Below, one piece after another: positions 1 to 9,863 of a DNA stretch of 64,000 nucleotides. Under the pieces are notes generated by a model. The model was not told the DNA's origin and did no database searches. It saw only the letters and a list, made by a program, of their open reading frames with translations. Origin of the DNA: Alphaproteobacteria bacterium (lineage in GTDB: Bacteria; Pseudomonadota; Alphaproteobacteria; MPNO01); the NCBI GenBank assembly GCA_965248835.1, contig CBDFLJ010000002.1, positions 1,760,001 through 1,824,000 of the forward strand, given 5' to 3'. The translations under genes were made by a program, and so were the position numbers. Positions within the stretch are counted from its first letter, which is position 1. Each line of letters starts with the position of its first letter.

Positions 1-1119
1 GAGGGCAGCGAGCGCCTCTCGCAACGATCTTCGTACCATCACGATCCCTTGATCTGTCGTCGCCAGATTCTCGAGTGCATGGACGGTGATCGGGCCTTGG
101 CTGACCTGGGCCTCACGATCGTCTGGGCGCCTTTGAGTGTCCTCGTAGTCCCTAATCGGATCTTGGAAGACGTTGGAGCGTCCCGGCGCCGCTTCCGCCC
201 AAACTGATCCGTCGGTTCCGCCGTCATCCGAGACCTTCAAGGTCTCGATATGAAATCCGATCGTATGGGTGTTGTCGACGGGCACCCACCAACCGATATA
301 GCGGCCGCGTTCCAATTGCGGTGTCTTTCCGGTCTCGGTCTGCGGCGGCAACGACCTCGAGTTGGGTACGAAGTTCTCGCCGACGCGGCGAAACAGATTC
401 TCGTTGGGCAGGACCGCGTCGCGGACGTACTGGACGCTGATCGGCGTCCGAAGAAACGTCACGTCCGGGCGCGCCGCGTAGGCCTCGGTGAACTGAAGCC
501 CGCTGTGCAGGGAGTGGAGGAAATAGGTGTGGTACGGGTCGGTCCCGTTCTCTTGGATCTGCAACCAGTTGCATTCGGCGACCACGCCGCGGCTGACGTT
601 GCGATAGGCATGAAGCTTGAAGCCTTCCTGCAACCAGATGTCGTAGATGGGGAATTCCGGCTTCTTGTCCGGCGGCCCCATATAAGCGAACACGAGCCCG
701 CCGTACTCGTGCACCGGATACCAGGGCTGTCGGACTTTGGTATAGTAGTCGCTGTGTCGTGGCTCGCCCGGCTGTTCCAGGCAATGCCCTTCGACGTCGA
801 ACTTCCAGCCGTGATAGCAGCAACGGATACCGTCGTCCTCGAGCCGGCCGTATTCAAGGGACGTGCCGCGATGACAGCATTTGAGGCCGAGGACGCCGGC
901 GCGGCCGCTGCCGCTGCCGTCACGGAATACCACCAGATCCTCACAAAGAATTCTTATCCGCTTCGGCAAGTCCTGGAGCTCTGCCGACAACGCCACGGGC
1001 TGCCAATAGCGCCGCAGCAGTTCCCCCATCGGCGTTCCGAAATCCACGTGGGTCAGCGTCTCGTCCTCTTTCGGGACGACGGCAATTCTGCCGTAGCCGG
1101 AACCGTCCACACCCGCCAT
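1..1119 (-). CDS. Rieske non-heme iron oxygenase alpha subunit (phthalate dioxygenase/LigX-like), 3' end outside the window
   Basis: Absent from the ORF track because it runs off the edge. Manual translation from ATG 1119 gives TPMGELLRRYWQPV, Rieske ligands CCHRG...CCYHGWKFD and the Fe site ENGTDPYHTYFLH. GGAG RBS upstream. Confidence 0.9.
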   Translation of the reverse strand, partial: MAGVDGSGYGRIAVVPKEDETLTHVDFGTPMGELLRRYWQPVALSAELQDLPKRIRILCEDLVVFRDGSGSGRAGVLGLKCCHRGTSLEYGRLEDDGIRCCYHGWKFDVEGHCLEQPGEPRHSDYYTKVRQPWYPVHEYGGLVFAYMGPPDKKPEFPIYDIWLQEGFKLHAYRNVSRGVVAECNWLQIQENGTDPYHTYFLHSLHSGLQFTEAYAARPDVTFLRTPISVQYVRDAVLPNENLFRRVGENFVPNSRSLPPQTETGKTPQLERGRYIGWWVPVDNTHTIGFHIETLKVSDDGGTDGSVWAEAAPGRSNVFQDPIRDYEDTQRRPDDREAQVSQGPITVHALENLATTDQGIVMVRRSLREALAAL

Positions 1120-1415
1120 CCGATTGCTCCTTGTATCGGCGCCTTCCCAACCACGCAAAAATCGGAAGTCGATCGCCGGTTCGGAAAGCTTATTTGGCTG
1201 GCAATTGGGTGTCAAACCGGACCGCTGGAGACACTTTGGAGGGTTAATCCTAGCCTGTGGAGAATTGGTCCGAGGCCACCTCAGTCCATTCATCTCGTGC
1301 ACAAATGCGATTGCGCCCGTCTCCGATTCCATTAGACTTCTAATCAAGAAGCGGGCACGCGCTGCGAAGCCTGCGTAGTTTGGCAACCGAAGAACGAGGG
1401 AGGCTCGCTGACACA

Positions 1416-2387
1416 ATGTTGGAACACCGATTGATTATCGCCCTTTCCGCCATCGGCGTGGTGGCCGGATCCATGACGGGGATGGCCGCGGGGTTCCCCG
1501 AAAAGGACATTACATTTGTCATTCCCAACCGCCCGGGCGGGGGATTCGACGTCTACGCCCGGGCCACGGCGCGGTTCATGCAGAAGTATCTACCCAACAA
1601 GGTCCACGTCGTGCCGAAGAATATGGTGGGCGCCGGCGGCCGAAAGGGAACGACTGCGGTCTACCGTTCCAAGCCCGACGGCTACACCTTCGTCATCCTC
1701 AACATCCCGGGAATCGTGATCCCGCAGATCCTGGGTCAGAAGGTCGCCTACGACATCGGCAAGTTGACCTTCATTGGGCGCCTGTCGAGCGATAAGTACG
1801 CGATCGTCGTTCGCAAGAATTCGAGGTTCAAGTCCATCGCGGACCTTCAGAAGGCGGCCACGCCGACCAAGTTCGTCAGCCTGTCGCCGGGCATGACGCA
1901 GTACGTGTCATCCAAGATCTCGACCTCGGCCCTCGGCATCAAGGCCGCGGAGGTCTCAGGGTATCGCGGGATCCGAGGCATGCTGGTGGCGTTGATACGC
2001 GGCGACGGCGATGCCGCCGTCACAGCCGTGCAGACGGCGATCCCGTTCTTTGAGTCGGGCGACGTGGTTCCGCTCGCCTTCCTCAGTGCCAAGAGCCTGT
2101 ATGCGGGCGTACCGACGGCGAACGACGTTGGAAACTCCAAGCTCGGCTTCCTAGGGCTCGAACGCATCATCGCGGGTCCACCCGGCATTCCCGAGGACCG
2201 GCGACGCATACTCGAGACGGCCATCGAAAAGGCCGCCAAGAGCCCGGAGATGATCGCGTGGGCGAAAAAGGCCAAGCGCGACATCAAATGGGCCAACGGC
2301 GCCGAAGCGCAGCGCATCGTCGAGGGCGCGACCGAATTCTATCTCGGATACAAACAGTTCCTCGGGAAGAAAAAGAAGAAAAAATAG
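1416..2387 (+). CDS. Tripartite tricarboxylate transporter substrate-binding protein (Bug/TctC)
   Basis: Signal peptide followed by FPEKDITFVIPNRPGGGFDVYAR, N.VGAGG and PDGYT motifs. Confidence 0.9.
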   Translation: MLEHRLIIALSAIGVVAGSMTGMAAGFPEKDITFVIPNRPGGGFDVYARATARFMQKYLPNKVHVVPKNMVGAGGRKGTTAVYRSKPDGYTFVILNIPGIVIPQILGQKVAYDIGKLTFIGRLSSDKYAIVVRKNSRFKSIADLQKAATPTKFVSLSPGMTQYVSSKISTSALGIKAAEVSGYRGIRGMLVALIRGDGDAAVTAVQTAIPFFESGDVVPLAFLSAKSLYAGVPTANDVGNSKLGFLGLERIIAGPPGIPEDRRRILETAIEKAAKSPEMIAWAKKAKRDIKWANGAEAQRIVEGATEFYLGYKQFLGKKKKKK

Positions 2388-2505
2388 CGACAGCTGATCG
2401 GCCCGGTCGCAACATCTCGGGGCACCCCGTGACGGCGGTTTGATTGCCCCTTAGAACGGTCGACGGCAACGCGCGCATCACCTCGACGAGGAGTGCCGCT
2501 GTGTC

Positions 2506-4497
2506 ATGATTGAGGCCGCCGCAACCGGGCTCGAACATTTTCTGACGCTTGAGGCGCTCCTCTATCTCGTGCTCGGCTCAGCCATCGGGCTCACCTTCGG
2601 GGCGATCCCCGGCCTCGGCGGGCCGACCGCGCTGGCGCTTTTGATCCCCTTGACGTTCGGAATGGACAGTTTTGCGGCCATCAGCCTGTTCGGCGGCGTG
2701 ATGGGCGCCGTGCCGTTCGGCGGCTCGATAACGGCGATCCTGCTCAATACGCCGGGCACGGCGCCCAACGCCGCGACATGCTTCGATGGCTATCCAATGG
2801 CGCGAAAAGGACAGGCCGGACGGGCGATCGGCGCCGCCGGTGCGGCGTCGGCGATCGGCGGACTCCTCGGCATCTTCGTGCTCGTTGGATTCATGCCCAT
2901 ACTACGCGAGCTCGTCCTGCTGTTCGGCCCGCCGGAATTCCTGATGCTCGCGCTTCTCGGTCTCAGCGCGGTGGCGGTGGCAACGCCGGGCCAGTTGCTG
3001 CGCGGTCTCATGATGGGGGGCGTCGGTCTGATGCTCGCCCTCGTGGGGTTCGACCGGGTTCATGGCGGACTTCGCTATACCTTCGGCATCGAATATCTGT
3101 GGGACGGCGTGCGTCTCATTCCGGCCTTGATCGGCTTGTTCGCATTGGCCGAGATCATCAACATCTCGGTGCGCGGCGGATCGGTGGCGACGACCGAGGT
3201 CAATACACGAATTCACGGAGTCAGCTCGGGTATCGCCGACGTCTTCCGGCACTACAAGACTCTGATCCGAGGATCGGTGATTGGCGCGTTCGTCGGCGCG
3301 GTCCCTGGAGTCGGCGGCACCGTCGCCTCCTTTCTATCCTATTCGACGACGGTGCAGTTTTCTCGCGAACCGGAGAGCTTCGGCACCGGCAACGTCGAAG
3401 GTGTCATCGCGCCCGAATCGTCGAATAATGCCAAGGACGGCGGCTCTTTGATCCCCACCCTGGCATTCGGGATTCCCGGCAGCACTGAAATGGCGGTTTT
3501 TCTGGGCGCGCTCGTCCTCCATGGCATACAGCCGGGCCCGCTCCTCATCCTCGACAATCCGGACGTCATTTTCACCCTGATCTACGCCCTGTCGTTCGCT
3601 TGCATTTTCGCCTCGCTTTTCGGATTCGCGACGGCCCGCTACCTCGTCCGGATTACCGAGGTCGATGCCCAGATCCTTTCTGTGGTGGTTCCGGTGGTGG
3701 CGCTCGTCGGGGCCTACGCGTTGCGCAACAGTTTCGGCGACGTGTTGACGGCAGTCGTGTTCGGCATCGTCGGCTATCTGATGATCCGGCTTGAGTTCCC
3801 CCGGCTCACGCTGGTGATCGCGCTCGTGCTCGGCAGCCTCGCCGAGGTAAGCTTCTTTCAGAGCTCGCGGATCCTCAGCGACGACTGGCTCGCCATGATG
3901 TCGCGTCCCGCGGTCGGCGTGCTCGCGCTCCTGATTCTGGTCAGCCTTTCGGTCCCCGCTATCCAGCGGATCCTTCGCCGGCGAAAAGAGGCCCGAGACG
4001 CGCGCGCGGCGGCGGAGCCAAACCCCATCATTGTCAGCCGGGGCGAATGGGCATTTTCGGGGCTCGTACTCCTGTTTATCGCGGTCTATCTCATCGACTC
4101 TTACACCTACACGGAGGACGAACGAAAGGTTCCACTGCTCGTCGCCTGGGCGACTCTGGGAATCTTCGTGCTCGACGTTCTCGTGATGTCGAAGACGCGC
4201 GTCGGGCGGATGGTGGCGGTTGCGTTCCCACGAGTGCGTGGGCCGATCGATCACAGCCCACCGAAATTGGCAGGCTCATTGTTCGTCTGGTTCGCGGGTC
4301 TCGCAGCCGGAATCTATCTGGTCGGATTCCTCGTCGTGATACCGCTCTTCGCCGTCGCGTCCCTGATGTTGCGTGGCGGACGACGGCCCGGCGCGGCCGT
4401 GATCCTTTCGGCGAGCTTGTTCGCGGCCGTCTGGATCGTGTTCGAGTGGTTGATGGGCTACGAGCTCTATCGAGGAATCCTGCTGGGAGCGGTCTGA
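2506..4497 (+). CDS. TTT permease TctA with a fused C-terminal TctB-like domain
   Basis: GAIPGLG, TPGT..NAAT.FDGYPMA and APESSNNA TctA motifs, plus about 150 extra C-terminal residues with 4 hydrophobic helices. Confidence 0.88.
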   Translation: MIEAAATGLEHFLTLEALLYLVLGSAIGLTFGAIPGLGGPTALALLIPLTFGMDSFAAISLFGGVMGAVPFGGSITAILLNTPGTAPNAATCFDGYPMARKGQAGRAIGAAGAASAIGGLLGIFVLVGFMPILRELVLLFGPPEFLMLALLGLSAVAVATPGQLLRGLMMGGVGLMLALVGFDRVHGGLRYTFGIEYLWDGVRLIPALIGLFALAEIINISVRGGSVATTEVNTRIHGVSSGIADVFRHYKTLIRGSVIGAFVGAVPGVGGTVASFLSYSTTVQFSREPESFGTGNVEGVIAPESSNNAKDGGSLIPTLAFGIPGSTEMAVFLGALVLHGIQPGPLLILDNPDVIFTLIYALSFACIFASLFGFATARYLVRITEVDAQILSVVVPVVALVGAYALRNSFGDVLTAVVFGIVGYLMIRLEFPRLTLVIALVLGSLAEVSFFQSSRILSDDWLAMMSRPAVGVLALLILVSLSVPAIQRILRRRKEARDARAAAEPNPIIVSRGEWAFSGLVLLFIAVYLIDSYTYTEDERKVPLLVAWATLGIFVLDVLVMSKTRVGRMVAVAFPRVRGPIDHSPPKLAGSLFVWFAGLAAGIYLVGFLVVIPLFAVASLMLRGGRRPGAAVILSASLFAAVWIVFEWLMGYELYRGILLGAV

Positions 4498-4525
4498 TGG
4501 GTGCATTTCATAGGAGGACATCGAC

Positions 4526-5587
4526 GTGCCGCTGGTCATAACCGACGATGACGCACGACGCCTGCTTTCGATGAGCGAATGCGTGGACGCCATGCGGGTA
4601 TGCTTCCGCGATTTCGCCGATGGCAAGACGGTCAGCCTGCCCCGCGTACGCTATACGGTCGACTCGCCCGATCCGGAGCGGAGCTACTACGCCAACGTTC
4701 ACGTCGGGGCGGTCCCCAGCTTTGGCATGGCGTGCGTCCGCGCCGGCTCACATCTGATCGAGAAGGCGGGATACGACGATAGTCGCCGCCGCATGCGGAA
4801 TCCCGAACCGTTCAACTGGACTGTCGTGATCCTTTACGACATTGCGACCTCCGAGCCAGTCGCGTTCATGCACGAATCATACGTCAGCGGCGTCCGGGTC
4901 GGCGCCACGTCGGGCGCTGCCGTCGCCGAGGTGACGCGGGAGGATGCCGCGTGCCTCGGTCTCCTGGGCACCGGACGTCAGGCCATGGCGCACCTCGAGG
5001 CGATCTGCGGCGTGCGGCCCATCCGTCTCGTCAAGGTCTATAGCCCCAATAGGACACATCTGGAGAGCTTCGTTGCCCGCGCCCAACGCGACGACTGCGA
5101 GGTGGTAGCCGCTGCCAACGAACGCGAGGTCGTCTCCGGTGCGAATATTGTTTGTTGCGCCACCAACACCACCAGCCCCGTGCTCTTTGGCGACTGGCTT
5201 GAGGACGGTCAAATGGTCATTTCGATTGTCAATTCAGACACTACGGGAACGCGGCGCGAAGTCGACGAGGCGACCTTCGCCCGTAGTACCGACATCATCA
5301 TCAACGACTGGGACAGCGTTCACGCCAACAAGCAGATCGAACTCCTTGAGGCGATCGAGAAAGGCCTGGTCGACAGGAACCGCGTTCACCTGCTGGGCGA
5401 CGTGTTCAACGGGCGCGCCGCGGTCAAGACGGGCTCCGACGGCATCGTCTACTTCAAGAACAACACTGGTCTCGCTATGCAGTTCGCGGCCGTCGGCGCG
5501 CTGATCTACCCCAAACTCAGCGCCGAAGGCACCGACCGCATCATTCCTCGCGAATGGTTGGCGAGCGAGCAGTACGGTATCGGCTAA
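4526..5587 (+). CDS. Ornithine cyclodeaminase/mu-crystallin family protein
   Basis: RVGATSG motif, GTGRQA Rossmann motif, AT...P motif; AGGAGG RBS before the GTG start. Confidence 0.88.
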   Translation: MPLVITDDDARRLLSMSECVDAMRVCFRDFADGKTVSLPRVRYTVDSPDPERSYYANVHVGAVPSFGMACVRAGSHLIEKAGYDDSRRRMRNPEPFNWTVVILYDIATSEPVAFMHESYVSGVRVGATSGAAVAEVTREDAACLGLLGTGRQAMAHLEAICGVRPIRLVKVYSPNRTHLESFVARAQRDDCEVVAAANEREVVSGANIVCCATNTTSPVLFGDWLEDGQMVISIVNSDTTGTRREVDEATFARSTDIIINDWDSVHANKQIELLEAIEKGLVDRNRVHLLGDVFNGRAAVKTGSDGIVYFKNNTGLAMQFAAVGALIYPKLSAEGTDRIIPREWLASEQYGIG

Positions 5588-5637
5588 ACGCTGCGACACC
5601 CATCTGTCGAATCGACGCCGAAACCCACGGACCGCTG

Positions 5638-6726
5638 TCAGATAGTGAACTGCTCCTCCTCGGGGAACTCGCCAGCCATGAACAGGTCGCCGGGGAGTTC
5701 GGTGCCAATGCCGCGCTCGCGCGCGACCTCGATCACTCGCTTGCACACGGCGGCAAACTGAATGCCCATTCCAACGTTGTTATTGTGCAGGGTAATCTGG
5801 CTGTCGCCCAATCGGCCAGGGAACGTGCGCGTGCAGAGCTCGGACAACTCGTTGACGTGCTCCCAGGTGATGTAGCCCTTGCGCACTGGGTTCATGATTT
5901 CCGGCTGCATGTCCTGTTTAACTTGCGAGAGCGAGTTGACGATGATCACGTCGGCGCGGCGGGCCACGTCGTCGTCGAGCTCGCGCCGGGCGTCAAATCG
6001 GGGCGCCCCGATCATGCCCGTGAGGTGCATGCCGTCCTCGAGCCACTCACCCTTGATGAACGGGTCGATAGCCGTTGTCGCCGTAAATACGACGTCAGAA
6101 CCCCGTACCGCTTCCTCAGCCGAGGTTACTGGATTGGCCTCGACGTTGAACCGCCGCGACACCCAGGCGGCAAATTTCTCCCGCCTCTCCGGCCGCACGG
6201 AATACACCTTGATCGTCTTGATATCGGGCCGCACGGTCATCAATGCTGTGACCTGACCCACGGCCTGCTGGCCGGCACCGATCAGGCCGGCGATCTGGGC
6301 ATTCGCGCGCACCAGGTATTTCGCGGCGACGCCGGTGGTGGCGCCGACCCGCAACGGCGAGATCGCCTCGTCCTGAACGATCCCCAAGAGCTTCCGTGTG
6401 CTCATCTGCCAGACCATGACCAACCCTGTCATGCCGCCGCGATATTGCTTCCGCTTCTCGCCCCCGATGACAGGGAACGTGACATGTCGCGAGCCCAACC
6501 GTACCGCGCAAACGTCTTGGCAAAGGACGGCGCCTGGAATGACGTTGAGGAAATACCATGTCGGCTCGTCCATGTCCGGCAGCGGGATGTGCAACCGGCG
6601 CCGGTTGATGACCTGCGCGTTGTTGTGCCCGAGATCAGCATAGGCCTCTTCGACCAGCTCGATAGCCTCATCCATGCTGACAAGGCCACGGACTTCTTCG
6701 TTCCGAAGGATGAGTACGGTATCCAT
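5638..6726 (-). CDS. Ornithine cyclodeaminase/mu-crystallin family protein
   Basis: LRVGATTGVAAKYL, GAGQQA and RRELD motifs. Start placed at MDTVLIL. Confidence 0.88.
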   Translation of the reverse strand: MDTVLILRNEEVRGLVSMDEAIELVEEAYADLGHNNAQVINRRRLHIPLPDMDEPTWYFLNVIPGAVLCQDVCAVRLGSRHVTFPVIGGEKRKQYRGGMTGLVMVWQMSTRKLLGIVQDEAISPLRVGATTGVAAKYLVRANAQIAGLIGAGQQAVGQVTALMTVRPDIKTIKVYSVRPERREKFAAWVSRRFNVEANPVTSAEEAVRGSDVVFTATTAIDPFIKGEWLEDGMHLTGMIGAPRFDARRELDDDVARRADVIIVNSLSQVKQDMQPEIMNPVRKGYITWEHVNELSELCTRTFPGRLGDSQITLHNNNVGMGIQFAAVCKRVIEVARERGIGTELPGDLFMAGEFPEEEQFTI

Positions 6727-6867
6727 GACCAAGTTCCTTCCGCCCAGTTGAAAGTCGTACTGCGGTCGTGAAATCCTGATGGAGGCACCCTGCAGTCCAT
6801 CGAACTTCACTAAAGCATAGGGGTTCGATCGGGTAGTTTGCACCACGATGACGCGAGAAACATCTAA

Positions 6868-8480
6868 CCTGGATTATTCACTCCGACCCTGATTTTGGGT
6901 TGGTGGGCATGGCGTAACTCGTTGTCATCGTGTAGAAATTCGTTGTCGAGGCGCGTTTCTTCGCGAACAACGAACCGCCACACCCACCATGACGGACGAT
7001 AGCCTTTTTGCCTTTGATCTGCCAGCCGTCCGGCGCAAGAAAGTGCGCGCTGCCTTCGACGGCGGCCTGATCTCCTCTGACGGTGGCCTGGTTCTGCTGC
7101 GCGAGGCGGAACGCCGTCTGGGCCTGGCCGGTCTGCTGGCCGGGTGCATTCGGGATCGTCGCGATCCGGCGCTGATCACCCACACGCTGGCCGAGATGGT
7201 GCGCTTTCGCATGTTCGCGATCGCCTGCGGCTACGAGGATGCCGACGATTGCGACCGCTTGCGATCGGACCCTCTGTTCAAGCTTGCGGTGGGGCAGGCG
7301 CCGGAAAGCGGCCGCGAGTTGTGTTCGCAACCGACCATGTGTCGGCTGGAGAACATGCCCTCGCGGATCGAGGCGGCGCGGATGACGGCGGCGCTGGTCG
7401 ATATCTTCTGCCGCAGCTTCCCCGCGCCTCCCGCCACCATCACCCTGGACATCGACGACACCTGCGATCCGGTGCATGGCCACCAGCAGCTGTCGCTGTT
7501 CAACGCCCATTACGACACCCGCTGCTTCCTGCCCATCCACGTCTACCATGTCGAGAGCGGCAAGCCGGTGGCGGTTCTCCTGCGCCCGGGCAAGACACCC
7601 TCGGGAGCCGAGGTTCGCAGCGTCCTCAAGCATCTGGTCCGCCGCATCCGCCGGCACTGGCCGCGCACCCGCATCGTCTTCCGGGGAGACTCCCACTACG
7701 GCCGGCCGGAGGCCATGGCCTGGTGCGAGGACAACGGCGTCGATTACATCTTCGGCCTGTCGGGCAACAGCGTGCTGCGCGCTCTGGCGGACGAGGCGGC
7801 CGACGACCTCAAGGTGCGCCGCGCCAAAGCCGGCGCCGAAAAGATGCGGACCTTTGCCGCCTTCGCCTACGCCGCCGGCTCCTGGAAGCGCAACCGCCGG
7901 GTCGTCGCCCGTCTCGAGGCCACCCCCCGCGGCTTCGATGCCCGCACCATCGTCACCTCGCTGAGCGGCGAAGCGCGCCGGCTCTATGAAGAGAGCTACT
8001 GTGCCCGCGGCCAGGCCGAAAACCTGATCAAGCTGCACAAGACCCAACTCGCCTCCGACCGAACCTCTTGCCAGAGCCCGACCGCCAACCAGCTCAGGCT
8101 GGTCCTGCACACCTGCGCCTACTGGCTGATGCTCGCCCTGCGCAGCGCCATTCCACAAGCAGCGCCTCTCGCCAGAGCCGAGTTCGCAACCCTCAGGCTG
8201 TGCCTGATCAAGATCGGCGCCCGCGTCGTCGAAAAGGCCGCCCGCGTCCGCATCCACTTCGCCTCGGCCTGCCCCGACGCCGCGCTCTTCCGCTTGCTGG
8301 CGGGCCGCCTCGCAACCGCCGGACCCTGAACACAGGGGCCGCGTGTCCCACGAACCCGACGATCTTCAACCCCAAACGCCTGACAAGACAAAGACCGAAA
8401 ACAGACGCACCACCGCGTCAGCCACCCGTTCGCGCCACGCCCGCAGCATCGAAAATCACCGACAGGATGAATAGATCGGG
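6868..8480 (+). mobile_element. IS1380-family insertion sequence
   Basis: Left end CCTGGATTATTCA (6868); right end TGAATAGATCGGG (8468-8480); flanks CTAA and CTAG; encloses the transposase. Confidence 0.82.
6989..8329 (+). CDS. IS1380-family DDE transposase
   Basis: FDGG.ISSDGGLVLL, GYEDADD, LDIDDT.D..HGHQQ, RGDSHY and Y.ARGQAENLIK motifs. Confidence 0.95.
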   Translation: MTDDSLFAFDLPAVRRKKVRAAFDGGLISSDGGLVLLREAERRLGLAGLLAGCIRDRRDPALITHTLAEMVRFRMFAIACGYEDADDCDRLRSDPLFKLAVGQAPESGRELCSQPTMCRLENMPSRIEAARMTAALVDIFCRSFPAPPATITLDIDDTCDPVHGHQQLSLFNAHYDTRCFLPIHVYHVESGKPVAVLLRPGKTPSGAEVRSVLKHLVRRIRRHWPRTRIVFRGDSHYGRPEAMAWCEDNGVDYIFGLSGNSVLRALADEAADDLKVRRAKAGAEKMRTFAAFAYAAGSWKRNRRVVARLEATPRGFDARTIVTSLSGEARRLYEESYCARGQAENLIKLHKTQLASDRTSCQSPTANQLRLVLHTCAYWLMLALRSAIPQAAPLARAEFATLRLCLIKIGARVVEKAARVRIHFASACPDAALFRLLAGRLATAGP

Positions 8481-8579
8481 CTAGCGTCGCGCGATGGGGC
8501 AGGTCAGCCCCCTGTACGTCAGTCCTCTTGCATGTCGAGCCGTTCCGCGCCACGCTCAAGAAACCGGGAGGAACCCAAA

Positions 8580-8592
8580 TGGATAATCCCGG
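8580..8592. repeat. Second IS1380-like right inverted repeat
   Basis: TGGATAATCCCGG; its reverse complement matches the left IR at 11/13 positions. Confidence 0.5.
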
Positions 8593-8636
8593 CTTAAATC
8601 TGCCGTCTGCGAGCAGTCCTTAGGGGGAGGTCGACC

Positions 8637-9854
8637 ATGAAACGCCTGAACATACTACTGATGTTGTGCGCCTGCTTTGCGATGTTTAACGCCAACGCGC
8701 AGAGCCCGATCCTGATCGGTGATATCAGTTCGATGAGCGGCCCGCTCGCGATCGCCGGCGTCCCCGGGCGTCAGGGCACCATCTTGGCCGTGGAACAGAT
8801 CAACAAGGCGGGCGGCGTGTTGGGTCGTCAGATCAGGCTCCTCACACGCGACGATAAGACCCAACCCGAGGAGGCCGGCAAGCTCTTCAGCGAGGTTGCG
8901 GCGCTGGGTGTCCTGGCCGTCATAGGCTCGACCGGGAGCGGGACGTCAAAGGCAATGAACGCACGCGCGCGCGAGCTGAAGCTGCCGTTCTTCACGATCG
9001 TTGGCTACTCGCGCTTCCTCACCGAGGAGGCGGGGCACCGCTACTTCTTCCGGCTCATCACGAATGATCGCGTACTGGGCCAAGGCATGGCCGAAGCGAT
9101 GTCCAAGCAGTCGGCGAAAACGTACTGCACGATCGGCCTCGACTACGCGTACGGGCGCGACATCACGAAGGTCTTCATGGAGCACCTGACGAAGCTCAAG
9201 CCCTCCGCCAAGCTCATGTCGGGCTGCGAGTTCTGGGTATCGTTCGGCACCACGGATTTCACGCCGATTCTCACCGCCATGCTCTCGCGCCGGCCGGACG
9301 CGGTCATGTTCGGCGGGCTGGTCGCAGCGAGCGCACCGGCATTCGTCAAGCAGGGCAAGGCGTTCGGGCTCTTCAAGAGGTCTGTGGGCGTGCATCCCTC
9401 GATCGGCATGCCGGTCAACAACGCGGGCCTCACCCGCAAGGAGGACATCCCCGAGGGCATCTACACCGGTAGCGACTACCTCTATCCACCACTCGATAAC
9501 CCCGCGAACAATGCTTTCTTCAAGGCCTACAAGGCGCGCTGGAATCAGGTCCCGTTCGAGGAGTCGCTCAACGCTTACACGACGATTCGCTTTATGGCCA
9601 AGGCGATCGAAAAGGCCGGCAAGGTCGATCGCGAGGCGATGATCGACGCCGCCGAGGGGCTGTCGATCGACCACCCGGTGATGGGCACCATTGTCGTGCG
9701 CGAATTCGACCACCAGTCGACCGCCGGCTGGTGGTTTGGCTACCTCAACTGGGACCCGACCAACAACCGCGCCGGCATGCGCGATGCGAAGCTCGTCAAG
9801 TCGGAGGGCTACCTGCCGACAAAGGAGGAAATCGAGAAGCTGCGCTCCAAGTAG
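8637..9854 (+). CDS. HAAT/LIV-type ABC transporter substrate-binding protein
   Basis: Signal peptide; LAVEQINKAGGVLGRQI, DYAYGRD and TTDFTP motifs. Confidence 0.92.
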   Translation: MKRLNILLMLCACFAMFNANAQSPILIGDISSMSGPLAIAGVPGRQGTILAVEQINKAGGVLGRQIRLLTRDDKTQPEEAGKLFSEVAALGVLAVIGSTGSGTSKAMNARARELKLPFFTIVGYSRFLTEEAGHRYFFRLITNDRVLGQGMAEAMSKQSAKTYCTIGLDYAYGRDITKVFMEHLTKLKPSAKLMSGCEFWVSFGTTDFTPILTAMLSRRPDAVMFGGLVAASAPAFVKQGKAFGLFKRSVGVHPSIGMPVNNAGLTRKEDIPEGIYTGSDYLYPPLDNPANNAFFKAYKARWNQVPFEESLNAYTTIRFMAKAIEKAGKVDREAMIDAAEGLSIDHPVMGTIVVREFDHQSTAGWWFGYLNWDPTNNRAGMRDAKLVKSEGYLPTKEEIEKLRSK

Positions 9855-9863
9855 CAACAACCG

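Noticed and set aside
250-1335. 361-aa plus-strand ORF
   Set aside because: Antisense shadow of the minus-strand Rieske gene; no motifs.
2367-2384. A-rich tract encoding a poly-Lys tail on TctC
   Set aside because: Lys-rich C-terminal tails are common and the reading frame is unaffected.
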